A stretch of 64,000 bases of DNA from the human T2T-CHM13v2.0 reference genome, Homo sapiens, in assembly GCF_009914755.1 (NCBI RefSeq), contig NC_060928.1; one strand, given 5' to 3'. Both the position numbers and the translations under genes were made by a program. The notes beneath the pieces were generated by a model that saw only the letters and a program-made list of their open reading frames with translations, was not told where the DNA came from and searched no databases. Shown one piece after another: positions 1 through 16,270 of this stretch. Within the stretch, counting starts at the first letter, position 1. The number at the start of each line of letters is the position of its first letter.

Positions 1-286
<286 letters not shown>

Positions 287-1696
287 AGGACTCTAAAAGA
301 CAGCCTGTTCAGGGTTATATACCTCAGAGGCAATGTGAAACATTGACTTAAAGCTTTGAGGGACATCCTGCTTCCAGAGGAAAGAGCAACAGGCCCAGGC
401 TAGTCCAATCAGCCCCTCCTTATCTCACCATAATGTATTCCCAGCATAATCTACTGTAATTATTAAGACCTACAAGGAAGAAAGGGAAGAGAACTGGGTC
501 AATCCAAGGCCACATGGAGAACTGTCCTGCACTGGCCAATTGTTTTGGCTGTAGTTTGAATACCAACTTAATGTTTAGAGCTTTTGCATTGTGATTTCAG
601 ACTCTTTGATTAATGTGGTGCTGCTGGGAATTCCACTGCTCCCTGTTGGTGCTGCCTATGGCAGTGGAAGCAGTTTCTCCAGGTTAGGTTACCAGGTGTC
701 TGAGGTATGTGGTGAGGGGTGTGGTAGAATCCCCCAGCCAATGTCCCCTGGCTACTCTGGGGTCATTGGGAAGAGAGTCTTAGGCCTGCAGGGACAAAGC
801 AGCTTCTTAGACCAGGCCACTTTCTCTACTAGGTCCCTCTTCCTGGTTCTATTTTCCCACCTTTGTGCTTCCTGATAGAAAAAGAAGCCTCAAGCTGTAC
901 TGGGAAGGAGAGTACCTCTCTTAGCGTTTCTCCTAGCTGCTTCTCCTGGATGGTGGTGGGTGTCTCAAGCTAGCGGCTCCTGATTGATCCAAGAGAGGAA
1001 GGAGCTTACTTGAGGTATCTTCTGTTGCTAGATTGGGGGATTAGGAAAAATAAGTCTGAAGGCCTTCTTCTGTCCAGTGAGGATACACAAGATGCCTTGC
1101 TGTTGTGCTGTTTCACCATTCCTTGCATATCAAACTAACTCTTCTTCTGTTTACCTCCATCTCTTAGAGCTTTTTCATGTTAGTCACATGCGTCATTTTC
1201 AAAATATATAGTTGTGCATAACAAAAAGAGGCGGGAAAAACATGGATCTGTGCCATATTGTCTGAATCCGAAGTTCCTTGCATACTTTATACTAAATAAG
1301 CTTTATCTGTGAGCTATATTACTAGTATTTTCTTTGTCTATAATTGTTTCAGGTGTCACATTTAAGACTTTGCTTGATTATGATATTTAAATATTACAGA
1401 ATATATTTGCAGAATAACAATATTCTGCAAATAATGCCCGGATATTCAAATTGAAATTCTCTTTTCATAATAGATCAAGGAAATTAGAACCTAATGATTT
1501 AATGGTGTACACAATTGCAGCATTAGTTTTGTATTCAAAGCAACATAAAATAAATGACAAATTGAAAGAAAAATAGGACTTTATTTACTCTATTCAAATA
1601 TTAAAATAAATAATATGTCTACTGAAATGTCATAATCAGGATATTATTTATTCCAATTAAATGGTTAAATATGTAATCAGTTAAATGTCATAGATT

Positions 1697-1976
1697 TTAT
1701 TTTATTTTTATTTTTGTAGAGAGAAGATGTCACTCTGTCACCAGGCTGGAGTACAGTAGCTGGATCATAACTCACTATAATCTCAAAAAAGCCTCCCAAG
1801 TATCTGGGATTACAGGTGTGAGCCACCATGATAGGCTAATTAAGTTTTTAAATTTTCTATAGAGATGAGGATCTCCCTGTTACCCAGGCTGGTCCTGAAC
1901 TCCTGGGCTCAAGGGATCCTCCCACCTCAGCCTCCCAAAGTGATAGGATTACAGGTATAAGCCATCATGCCTGGCC
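1697..1976 (-). mobile_element. Old Alu (AluJ-like), internally deleted
   Basis: Diverged antisense Alu with the J-type GAACTCCTGGGCTCAAG..GATCCTCCCACCTCAGCC arm; part of the other arm is missing. Confidence 0.85.
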
Positions 1977-2071
1977 CTAGAATTTTTAAATTAATGGTGG
2001 TTGATACACATATTTACATTGTATTTTAGCCAGATTTACTGAGGTATAATTTACTTATGCAAAATTTACTA

Positions 2072-2372
2072 ATTTATTTATTTATTTTTTGAGACGGAGC
2101 CTCGCTCTGTTGCTCAGGCTGGAGTGCAGCAGCGCAATCTCGGCTCACTGCAAGCTGCGCCTCCTGGGTTCACGCCATTCTCCTGCCTCAGCCTCCTGAG
2201 TAGCTGGGACTACAGGCGCCTGCCACCACGCCCCGCTAATTTTTTTTGTATTTTGAGTAGAGACGGGTTTCACCATGTTAACCAGGATGGTCTCAACCTC
2301 CTGACCTCGTGATCCGCCCGCCTCGGCCTCCCAAAGTGCTGGAATTACAGGCGTGAGCCACTGTGCCAGGCC
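2072..2372 (-). mobile_element. Alu (AluY/Sc-like)
   Basis: CACTGCAAGCT..GGTTCACGCCATTCTCC and CCAGGATGGTCTC..GACCTCGTGATCC diagnostics; (TTTA)n tail. Confidence 0.95.
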
Positions 2373-4856
2373 GAATATTTCCATTATAGCATATACTCGA
2401 ATGTGTCTTAAAGTGTTTATAAAGGTAATACTCATTGTATTTACTTATATGACTTTTTAATTAGATTATAAAATCCAGTTACCTTTTAGTATGCTCAAAA
2501 TTGTGTCAAATAATATTAATTCTTGAATTAATTATGCATTATAAATTCTTGTCTCTCAATAAAATTTCATGTACACTTTCACTCTGTAAAGCTGGAATGC
2601 ATGTGGAGCTGCTTCAATTTTTCAATTGTATTTTCACTTTTCTCTTTTTATGCCTACCTAAATTGGTTCCTATAATTGAATTTATCATTTAAGAGTGAAC
2701 GTTTGTTTAAGAAAATTTAATGTTTTTCATCAGCATACTCAATATTTCAATTTTCCATTATAGATTATAAGAATAAATCTTTAGGTAATATAGGCAAACA
2801 AAATTTAATATATAGAATTAGTTTCTTACACGATTGGAGAGTTGGTGGAGCAGGTCTTGGGCTGATCTTCTAAATGATTGCTAGAACTCCACCACAAAAA
2901 CGACAGAGCTGGGACTGTTGCTCCTTTTGCCATGACTGAGAAGCTGGAGAATCAGGATCTCCTGTGCAACCACTGGCACTAAAATTATGCTAACTTTGCT
3001 ATTTGTTTTTTTCCCAGTTTCAAAGTTTATCTTATTAACTTAAAATTTAAACAAAATTGTTAGTCTAAACATCATTAAATGTACTCATGGGAAACATATT
3101 TACATAGAGAATAAGAAAATAATTTTTTGTAACTTGAGGCACATTGTCCATTTTACAAATGTACTTTTAGAAAAACTGCTTTGAGAAACAATAATTTTTT
3201 CTGTCATACTTCATAAAAGCTAGACACACATTTCTAATGCAAATTTCTTTTTTTTTTTCTACTTTGATGTGGAATCTGGGAAGCTCGAATGTTTGCATTT
3301 TAATTTAACAATACAAAGAAAAATTTCATCTGTTTCTCTCTACATTGTTGGCCTTAGACTTACTCTAGCAGCCTCCATTCATATCTCTTACAGGGGTACC
3401 TTATAGTTTCATATCAGGTCATTCCTGTTCCTCTTTCCTTTTGTGATGCACCTCTTCTTGCTAAAGATTTTGGTCACTATCTTTTGTTTTGTGTTTACTT
3501 ATTTTAGCTTGTATATATGTTCTGTTCTACACAATATTTCTGATTTACATGGCAGGAAATGTGAGACAGTTTGCCACCTTCCTGATTGATCTGGGCTTTA
3601 ACGGTGCCCCTATATTGTGAATAAACAGTTGCATTCTCTAACACATATTTTATTTGATCCAAACAATACATTAGTCCAACTACCAAACATACCTCTTGGA
3701 TCCTCTGTAGCTATAACATTTTCAACAGTCATATTTACGGAATCCGTCTCCCTCTGTTATGTTTTTATTGTTATCCAAATAGAGGAGATAGATATAAATG
3801 AACTCACTCTGGTCAGCCAGGGACCACACAGTGGCTTAAGATATCTTAATCCAGGTATCTGCAGACTAACCCTAACCTAACAGTGAGTTGCTACCTTTGT
3901 TTCTTTTTCTCTAAGCATTAAAATACTTCTGTCATAGCTGCTTGCTTCTTGATCATAGGATCTCAGCCATGGTTCATATTTGAATAACACAGAATGTCGG
4001 CCACAGAACTAAGGACTGGACATTTGGTCCTTTGTGACTGTTGTTACAGGAAAGTAAATGGTTTTGTTACATTGCTTGTCAGGAAAAAGAATAGGAAGGC
4101 GCCTTCTATCTCAGGCTCTTTTCCTTAAAGAAGGTAGGTTTAATGTAAAACCTGAATTGTGAGTAAGCCTGGGGATATCGTTTTTAGCTGTTCCAAATTG
4201 AGCAAGTACTTAGTCAAACTACCAGAGTTTTGGAATATGCCTGAGTAAGCCAGTCTGAAATAGCTGATGATCCAGCTTAAGACTATTCAATATCCATGCA
4301 CCTGCCTTTTCTAAAGCTTAAACTTCAAAAGAGTAATAACAAGTACATGATCCTGTCAAATATAATTCAAATATATGTTGTACAAATTAAAATGCAGTGG
4401 TCCTATCCAAAATAGGTATCCATGATATTCACTCCTCTTCGGATTCAGTCTCAACTATGTCTTAATATCCTGAAATAAGATAATAAATTATGAAGTTATT
4501 CAAACCAGCCTACCCTAAAAAATAATGGGAAAAATGGAAGATAAAATAAGACAAACAATTATATACATGACAATGCAGAAGAGAAGAAAACACAAGAATG
4601 TATTACATACTTAATTTTATAACTGATCATGGAACTGTGGATGGTATTTGTACCATTCTTTTTATATTATTCATTCCACACTTCTCTATAGTATCCTAAA
4701 TTATCCAAGTTTCCACAGCAAGAGCCCACTCTTCATGAACAATGCCCTTAGTTGTCTTGTCAAATTGGAGTTGTTTTAATCTTCCATTAATGTTTACCAC
4801 TTGACAGAAAATCCAAAAGGCCTTTGAGGAGTCCAACTCCAGGCAGAAACCCTATT

Positions 4857-5513
4857 TGTAATCTTTCAGGCCTAACCATAGGCCATTACAATGGCTTTAC
4901 CTGGCAGGCCTCATGAGAGAAAGATACTCTCCCTATACCAGAATTGGCAAACAGCCAGTGCATTAAAATGTCTAATGGGAGCTGCAGTCTAGGACTCATT
5001 CCCCACTAGCCAACCATCCTCCTGTGCATGTCTGCCATTCAAGTCTCAGGCACCCTCATCTGAGCTATCCTTATTAGGGACCCTCAATAGAAAACCTTTG
5101 CAGAGAACTCCTTATGATGGGGAGAGAGGGATAAGGGAGAGGAGAAAGGGGAAACCTTGAAAACATTATTCTCTATTCTGAATCAGAACTCAGTATTTTC
5201 CCATTCTTAGCCCTTCCTCCTCTTTCTGTCCCAAGGACCCAGGTCCATAAGATGAAAGGAGCTTTTTGTTCATGGCTCCTTGGTCAAAAGATTCTTGCTG
5301 AGAAAATTCCCACATCTGCATTTGTGCTGATCTACATGACCTTGGCCTGGAGCTGTTTCATGGGAGAAAATGGAACATTGGAGGAGCTAGCGATCTTTCC
5401 TGTTTAGTTTCTAGCTTAAACTATCTCAGTTAGTAAAGATTTGACTGTTACTGTCATTTTGGCTTATTGTTTTAATTAGCTATTTCAACTCCATGGCAGC
5501 TTAGCTCTTGACA
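4857..5513 (+). mobile_element. Putative old solo LTR (ERVL-class; family not assigned)
   Basis: ~660-bp higher-GC block with TGT...ACA termini, TATA-like CATAAGA (~5246), polyA-like AGTAAA (~5432) and degenerate flanks CTATT/GCATT. Confidence 0.45.
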
Positions 5514-5595
5514 GCATTCTGGAAAGTACATAGGATTCTAGACATTTTTACTGCTTTTGTTACATGAATTACATGTCTTCATAATAAGGAATTAA

Positions 5596-5903
<308 letters not shown>

Positions 5904-5972
5904 GATTTAATATGCAAACCATTCTTGTAACATATTTAATATTGCCATTCAGTGGTAAATAAAAATAATATA

Positions 5973-8291
<2,319 letters not shown>

Positions 8292-8755
8292 TACTTATAA
8301 GTGAATCCACTGTCATTACTATAGTTCAGGTCACCTTAAGTTTCTTCTTGGACTTGCCAGTGAACTGTGGAATTAAGAAGCTCTCTGCCTACAGTCTTGT
8401 TTATCTATTGTAATCTGTTTCTTGTAGTCCCTATTTTAGATCTCATTAATGTCTTGTCACTTCCATTAGAATAAATTATAAACACTTTGGATGGCCTGAA
8501 GACATTTGTAATTTATCCTAAACTCATCTCTACTCTCATCGCTTGACATCTCCCTCTTCCACCCACACATATATATTTAAGCCCACATAATTACTGCAAT
8601 TACCCCAAATTCTGTACTTCTCACCAGTGTCTTGCAAAACCCACTCCATGTAACTAATAAGACTTTTCATTTAACTCTCCAGCTGTACTTGATATTCTAG
8701 TTTCAAACTCTATTTTCTGTGTGAAGGCTGTACTGATATCACAATTTTGTTTCTT

Positions 8756-9072
8756 CAGTGTCAGCACTGGCAGCCTGTGGCCTATGGTTTTGGTACAGCC
8801 TGCAAGGTAATAATGGTTTTTAGAGATTTAAATGATTGAAACAATTTTTTAAAATAACATTTTGTAGCATATAACAATTGCATAAAGTAAAAACTGTAGT
8901 GTTTTCACAAATAAAAAGGTTTTTTTTTGGACACAAGATCATTCACTTACATGTGGTCTATAGATGCTTTCAGGCTATTATGTCAGAGTTGAGTGGTTGC
9001 AACAGAAACTGTATGATTGTCAAAGCCTAACATACTTAAAATCTGACCCTTTGTAGAAAAAGCTAACATTTG
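8756..9072. mobile_element. MER58B-like hAT-Charlie non-autonomous element
   Basis: Matches remembered MER58 motifs: TATAGATGCTTTC..CAGAGTTGAGTGGTTGCAACAGAAACTGTATG..CAAAGCCTAA..TCTGACCCTTTGTAGAAAAAG. Confidence 0.7.
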
Positions 9073-9880
9073 ATCTAAAGTTTTCTGTAAAGATACATCT
9101 ACATTATGTTTATTGTAATTTATATTTATTTATCTGCCTACTGGTTGCAGTTTTGAAAAACCATAATCTTCCAGAAGACAGAAACTATGATATTTTTAAT
9201 TAGACCTCAAGCAAAATTATTTTAAAATGTGGTCTCAATTTTTAAGAAAGTGGGGAAGAATGCTTTTTTTTCTTTTGTTAAACTTCTTTGCTTCCAGTCC
9301 AAGAAGTGACTGTCATTTATTTTTATCTTGTTGCTTCCTTTCTCATATTAGCTTGATAAAAAGTAATGAAATAATGTTCAGGTTTCTTAGTAGAGTCATG
9401 TTGTAAACCTAAGCTTTTTTTTCCTAGCCACTCTCAAAAAATGGAAAGCCTCTGCTTTATGAGTCACCTAATTAATGACATTGAATTATCCAGTAAGTGG
9501 ACTCTTCAGGTTAATTAAATATCTTCATTAACTTTTTCACTGCTTTTAAAAACAACATTTACACATTTATGCAAATAGGTTCATCATGTGTCCTTAATCA
9601 GTTATTTAGCTTTGGTGCAGAGTTAATAATTCCAGTATTTGTTCAAACTGAAGAAAATCCAGGACTCAAAAAAGAAAGGATATTTTTATTCAGGTTTTGA
9701 GAAAATCACAAGTAAAACCCCCAACTTATTTATCAATAATTGTATGTTACATACATTTCCATATTTACAATTTTGATAAAATAGTTATAATTAATATTTA
9801 TCTTTAATAATTTAAATATTAATTAGTTATGTATTTATTGGCTCATATTATTTAAATTATATATATATATATTTATATAA

Positions 9881-10996
9881 TTTGCAGTCTGACAATGCAA
9901 TAGAAAAAAAAAAGAAAACATTTTCTGAAAAGAAATTCAAGACAGCTGCAGAAATGTGCATAAGTAACAAGAAGCCAAATCCTAATCATGAAGACAATGG
10001 GAAAAATGTCTCTAGGCCATGTCCTAGGTCTTCACAGCAGCCCCTCCCATCACAGGCCCAGAGGCCTAAGAGGAAAAAATGTTTTCTGGGGACAGGCCCA
10101 GGGCCCCTCTCTGTGTGCAGTCAGTCTAGGGACTTGGTGCCCTACATCCCAGCCACTCCAGCTGTGACTAAAAGGGACCAAGGTACAGCTTGGGCCATGG
10201 CGTCAGAGGTCGCAAGCCCCACGCCTTGGCAGCATCCATGTGGAGTTGAGCCTGCATGTGCACAGAAGTCAAGAAGCAAGGCTTGGGAGCCTCAGCCTAG
10301 ATTTCAGAGGATGTATGGAAACACCTGGATGTACAGGAAGAAGTTTGCTGTGGGGGGGTGGTGGGGGTGATCATGGAGAGCCTCTGCTAGGGAAGTGCAG
10401 AAGGGAAATGTGGGGTTGGAGCCCCACACAGTCCCCACTGAGGCACTGCCTGTGTGAGAAGAGGACCACCATCTTCCAGACCCCAGAATGGTAAATCCAC
10501 TTACAGCTTGCATATGCACCTAAAAAACCTCAGATGCTCAACACCAGCCTGTGAAAGCAGCTAGTTGGGAACTGTACCTTTCAAAGCCACAGGGGCAGAG
10601 CTGCACAAGACCATGGGAGCCCACCTCTTGCATAAGCATGACCTGGATGTTAGACATGGAGTCAAAGGAGATCATTTTGAAGCGTTAAGATTCAACTGCC
10701 TTGCTGGGGTTTGGACTTGCATGTGGCCTGTAACCCCTTTGTTTTGGCCAATTTGCCCTGTTTGGAATGGGTATAGTTACCCAATGCCTGTACCCCCATG
10801 GTATCAAGAAAGTAACTAACTTTCTTTTGATTTTACAGGCTCATAGGTGGAAGGGGCTTGTCTTGTCTCAGATGAGACTTTGGACTGTGGACTTCTGAGT
10901 TAATGCTGAAATGAGTTAAGACTTGAGGAACTGTTGGGAAGGTATGATTGGTTTTGAAATTTGAGGACACAACATTTAGAGGGGACACAGGCAAAA
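9881..10996 (+). mobile_element. THE1 (MaLR) internal sequence, 5'-truncated
   Basis: Translates to the decayed MaLR internal ORF (IEKK..FSEKKFKTAAEMCISN; HDLDVRHGVKGDHF) and abuts a THE1 LTR. Confidence 0.9.
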
Positions 10997-11361
10997 TAAT
11001 ATGGTTTGGCTCTGTGTCCCCACCCAAATCTCATCTTGAATTGTAGCTCCCATAATTGCCATGTGTTGTGGAGGGACCCAGTGGGAGATAATTGAATCAT
11101 GGAGGCAGTTTACCCTATACTGTCCTTGTGGTAGTGAATAAGTCTCACACGACCTGATGGTTTTATAAGGGGTTTCTGCTTTTGCTTGGTTCCCATTCTC
11201 TCTCTTGCCTGTTGCCATGTAAGACATGACTTTTGCCTTCCACCATGATTGTGAGGTCTCCCCAGTCATGTGGAACTGAGAGTTCATTAAACCTCTTTTT
11301 GCTTATAATTTACCCAATCTCAGGTATGTCTTTATCAGCAGTGTGAAAACAGACTAATACA
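10997..11361 (+). mobile_element. THE1 3' LTR (THE1C/D-like)
   Basis: TAATATGGTTTGGCTCTGTGTCCCCACCCAAATCTCATCTTGAATTGTAG ... GTGTGAAAACAGACTAATACA. Confidence 0.92.
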
Positions 11362-12301
11362 CTGTCTTTAACATTTTTTCTATTGCTTTGACCTTGGAGA
11401 CTGATGATTATTTGTCTTCAAGATGATCTTTTTGTGGAGTATCTTACTGAAGTTCTCGGTATTTCTTGAATTTGAATGTTGACCTCTCTATCTATGTTAG
11501 GGAAGTTCTCATGGATGATATTTTGATCCATGAGATCAAAAATATCAAAAGTCAACTTTTGCTAAGTTGACTCCATTTTCTCTATCCTTTTTAGGTACAC
11601 CAGTTGTAGATTCAGTCTCTACATAATCCCATATTTCTCAGAGGTTTTGTTCATTCTTTTTCATTCTTTTTTTCTATTCTTACCTGCCTGTCTTATTTCA
11701 GAAAGCCATTCTTTAAGCTCTTAGATTGTTTCCTCCACGTGGTCTATTCTGCTGTTAATATTTGTGATTGCATTGTGAAATTCTTGTAGTGTTTTTCAGC
11801 TCTATCAGGTTGGTTATGTTCTCTATACTGGCATTTTGTCTGCCAGGTCATGCAATGTTGTATTGTGATTTTTAGCTCTGTTGTATTGGCTTACAACATA
11901 CTCCTATAGCTCAATGAATTTCATTACTGTTTATATTCTGAATGCTATTTCTGCCATTGCAGCCTCAGCCCTGTTCTGAACCCTGGCTGGAGAGGTGATG
12001 CAGTTATGTGGAAGTAGGAAGTTACTCTGGCTTTTTGAGTTTTCAGTATTCTTGCACTGATTCTTTCTCATCTTTGTGCACTTATCTAACTTCAGTCTTT
12101 GAGATTGCTTACCTTTGGACAGTATTTTGTTTTCTTTCATCCTATTTGATGATGTTGAAGATTTGTTTGTGTTATAAGGTAGATTCAGCTGACTGGCTTC
12201 ATTTCTGGGAGATTTTATGGCACCAACACTCAGCTCCCAACTTCTGGACTGTGTGCTCTAACTCTGGGGGACTTGTATTAGGCCCTAGCTTTGTTCTCTT
12301 G

Positions 12302-13416
12302 TGTCGGGTCCATCCTGCAGACTCTGGCTGAGTGACAAATGAAAAAAGTATTCAGACACAGTTATTTTGCCTGAGAATGCAGCTAGGGGACTGCACTGCT
12401 TAGCATTGCCAATGAGAGTACAATCCCACTAAGCCAGAGACCTTTGTATTAATTTAGTACAGATTTAAAGACAAAGACCTGGAGCAAACATAATTTGTGG
12501 GAAATTAACATTGTTGACCCCTGAGTAGAGAGCAGTCCTGCACATGAATGATCAAAAGTTGGTTTCCTGAGACACAAGTAAACCAATTTATCTAGATATG
12601 TTTCTTTACATTCCCTTGTTATCTAACCTTTGCCCTTAAGAAAATTTAGCTGCCTTCAGCTAAATTCTTCTCCAAAGTTTTTGGCCTTCCAAGAAGGTTT
12701 GCATCTTTCCCTATAATTTTTCTTACATCTTCTCCCATCACCCTTGAGGCCGGAAATTAAAGAAAGAAAAGTAAAATTAAAAAGAGAAAGAAACAATCTT
12801 TCTGTATTAGGCTGACTCATCCCAAAGGCAGTAACAGGCAAAGCCCAGGCCCAGGCAAAGTCTCAACAGCATTATCTAAGAAGCCGGGGCTCAAAGAATG
12901 TGCTCTGGAGAGTCTCCCAGGGCTCCCTCAACATAGGGAGAAGAAAAACAAATTTTCCTTTCTCTTTTGATTCTGTTATTCATCTAAGCAGCACAGTGAA
13001 GAACATGAGACACCTGAGCAGGCCTGGATTGCAGTCCCCTAGATGCCATAGCAAAGGTTATGAGATAAGCCCATGTAAAGCACTGGAGCAAGCCTAGATA
13101 ACAGCTATCTGGGCTGCATAGCAAGAGTCATATGTAAACCTGAGTTGTGAACTTGTCATAGTATGATTGACTGCCTTTGTTCTTCTTCTGTATCCTTGCT
13201 TTTGTGTCATTATACTTTCCACCATTGTAAGCTTGTTTCAAGTTAGACCACCCCCTTTTAGAAGTGTGTATAAAAGGCAAGTGCTGTCTTTGTTCAGGGT
13301 CCAGTCTTTGGATATTAATCTGCTGGTTCTGAGTCCACTCAATAAAAATCCTTCTGTTTCACCTACCAATCTCTCCAGTCTCCTGATTCCCACAACAACC
13401 TGATCGATCTCTTACA
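12302..13416 (-). mobile_element. Solo LTR, LTR22-like (HERV-K HML-5), split by a second LTR
   Basis: Minus strand starts TGTAAGAGATCGATCAGG, continues GGTGATGGGAGAAG..ATTATAGGGAAAGATGCAAACCTTCTTGGAAGGCC after the insert, and ends ..GGACCCGACA. Confidence 0.7.
12745..13397 (+). mobile_element. ERV1-class solo LTR (LTR15-like)
   Basis: TG...CA termini (TGAGGCCGGAAATTAAAG ... CCCACAACA), TATAAAA at 13269, AATAAA at 13341, 4-bp TSD CCCT/ACCT. Confidence 0.7.
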
Positions 13417-14974
13417 CTGTGGCTCCTCGAGATTTGTAGTCCACTGTGCTGGGGATAGCAAACTGCGGTACCTGCAGCAAAGTACTAGTGGATATAGGGG
13501 TGTCTGCCTCTCTGCAGGTGTTCACCACAGTATTGGAGGCAAGGCAGCTGTTGGGGGAGCAAGGGCCTTCTGCTGGAGACAGCGTGCACTGCTGCACTGT
13601 AGGTGGTGATGGCTTGGGGTGGGGTGCTGGCCAGTGGAGGTCTTGGAGCCTTATCTGTGGTCTGCAAGCAGGAGCAATTGCTCAGGTTGTGGGGGGATCC
13701 CCTGCTCTGTGTGCAGCACAGCACAAGGGCAGGGCACTTGTAGATGGGGCTTGATGACTCTGTGCCCAACAAGGATCCATCTGCAGTGGTGGTTGGTGGG
13801 GCTTATGGGGGGCACACTGCATTCCCATGTGCTGTTGAAGCAAGTAAAGCCCACCCATGCAGATATATGGCAGCAAAGTGATGTGGGGAGTTGCAGTCTC
13901 ATATCATTTTTAATAAATCTTCTGATATTGTCTCAAATCTTGGAAACCTGTGTCAGCTCAAAAAGACATCCTTGTATAAAACTGAAATGCTTCTACCTTT
14001 GAAATGTATATGTGATAGATTATTTATTCATAGTAGCTGAATTTAATGCAATTAATGTTTTAATGAATACAGGACATAATAATATGCTAAGAGTAGACTA
14101 CTTAAATGTTTGTAATTTCAATAACTCAAATATATGCATGTCTATACATGAACTAAAACAGAATTTTGCCCAAATCACTCAAAAAATTAGTTAAATTAAA
14201 TATGTTTTAAATATACTTAAATACTTTGTATATAATAGATTAAAAATGTAATTAAAATAATTTACATGTTTTATTTAGGTGTCCTCAACTTTAAAATATA
14301 TATCTACATATAATTTACATTATATTACTGACCACATGGCTAAATATGATCGTTTGGCAGAAATCAATTCATATTAATTATGAAAGACCTACTTTTGGCA
14401 AAAATATTCCTCAAGTTTGATATCAATTCTGACGCTATTATTGACATTGATGTTAAATGTAAACCTCTGTTTTTGTCTAAAATTTGATGCTACAAAATAT
14501 TTCTGTTGTCCATATTCTTCCAGGGAAAGAATATCTCATGAATTAGCATTTTTTTTTTACTTATATATCACAATATCACATACTCAGAAAGCTGTTTTGA
14601 TAAAATACAACTTTATCAGTCATTACCCAATACTGCAATTATATGTCACAAATGAATCTGTATAACCAAATGTAACATATGCAAATTTTTTTTGCTGATT
14701 ATAATTATTAATGAATCAACCAAATGAGAAAAAAACTCTCAATTCGATATTAACTTAAACTTTCCAATTTACCAAAAGTGTTGGTAATATTTGTTTTAAA
14801 TATTTAAACGTTTGAATCATATGTTAAATGAATAAATATTAATGGTATCTTTTACAAGTGGACACTTCAACGTTTTGGAGAGGTAAGCACATACATATTT
14901 TTTGTGTGTTCATTCACACATAAACAATCTGTGATTAACTTTGATCATACTCCTAAAAAGACTAGGATTTTTTT

Positions 14975-16270
14975 CTGTTTTGTTTATTTTTATATAAAAT
15001 TTACATAAAATAGGGTGAACGAATTTAAGTAATATTTATAAGTTTTGACAAATGCATATACATATGTAATTAAAATATAGTAATGTTTACTATTATGTTG
15101 TAGTAACCATCATACCACAAAGTCCACTCATGTTCTTTCTCATTTAACTGCATCTCCATTCCCAAGGCAACAACTATTCTATTTACAATTGATTAGTTTT
15201 TGTCTTCCAGAAATTCATATGAATGGAACCATACAACATGTACTTTTGTGTACATATTAGTTAAAATAATGTTTTTGATATTCATAAATGCTGTTGCATA
15301 TATAAATAGTTGGTCTCTTTCAATAGGTAGGTGGTATTTTCTTGTATGAATATACCAGATTTTTTTCTATTTGTTGTTGAACACATCAGCTTTATTATTT
15401 TGGGGTAATTAAAAGTTAATTCATTATTACAATTCTTATTCAAGTCTTTCTGTGGAGAAGAGTTTTTACTCCTTTTGAATAAGTGCCTAGGAGTGACTTG
15501 ATTATAGGGAAGTTGGGTAGATGAATAATTAATTTTATAGAAAACAGCCAAATTGGTTTTCAAATAGTTGCAAATTTATTTAATTTAAATAGTCATTTTG
15601 TAAAAGTATTTTTAAACATTTTTCTTGGTAGGTTACATGTGACAGTACATGTATAGTAGTTGAATATCTGCTGACATCTTTATTTTTACAAAAATAAATT
15701 CTGCTTTCATTCAAGTGCACAAATATGACCCAATAAATTTTCCTAATGTCTCTTTCTAGTTAATACCTCTCACTAATGAAGCAATCACTTTTCTTATATC
15801 TGCACAGTAGTTGTATCTGTTTTTGGAATTAAAACTGTGCACTAATTTCTGCCTGGCATCTTTTGGTTCAACATGTGTTTGAGATTAATTGTGTCATTGT
15901 GCATATCAAAAGCTCATTAATTGTTAATTGGTGAAAGGTAATCTCTCTTGTGTGATTATGTCACATAATGTTTATCCACTTTTCTTTGATAGACATTTAG
16001 AATTTTTCAAATTTTTGACTATCTTAAAGTTTCCATATACATGCTTATACAACTTATGTTTTGGTTATGTTTTTTCTGATCGAGGGCTTGTAAACACCTT
16101 ATAATGGAGTTCTTTGTCATAGTATAGGTGTATGCTTAACATTATGAGAAAATAAGACATTTCCAAAGAGTTTTCAGAAGTTTTTAAAACATTTTACATT
16201 TCTACCATCAAGGTATGAGAGTTCCAGTAGCTCTAAATCCTTACAAAACTTTGTGCTGCCAGTCTCTGTG
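14975..16270 (-). mobile_element. Ancient L1M (MC/MD/ME-type) 3' fragments
   Basis: Degenerate motifs AGTTTTGACAAATGCATATAC, CCCAAGGCAACAACTATTCT, GGTATGAGAGTTCCAGTAGCTC. Confidence 0.55.

Larger units (their letters stand above)
11362..13900 (-). mobile_element. Old primate L1 (L1PA13-16/L1PB-like) ORF1 and 5'UTR, interrupted by LTRs at 12302-13416
   Basis: ORF 11931-12140 gives the ORF1p N-terminus MRKNQCKNTENSKSQS; GC-richer 5'UTR-like sequence resumes after 13416. Confidence 0.75.

Noticed and set aside
9882-10819. 162-aa and neighbouring ORFs (also 22968-23429, 29717-30067, 51783-52343)
   Set aside because: Frameshifted remnants of the MaLR THE1/MST internal ORF, not host genes.
12645-12668. 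Inverted repeat AATTTAGCTG-CCTT-CAGCTAAATT
   Set aside because: Lies inside the LTR22-like element and resembles its consensus as I remember it; not locus-specific.
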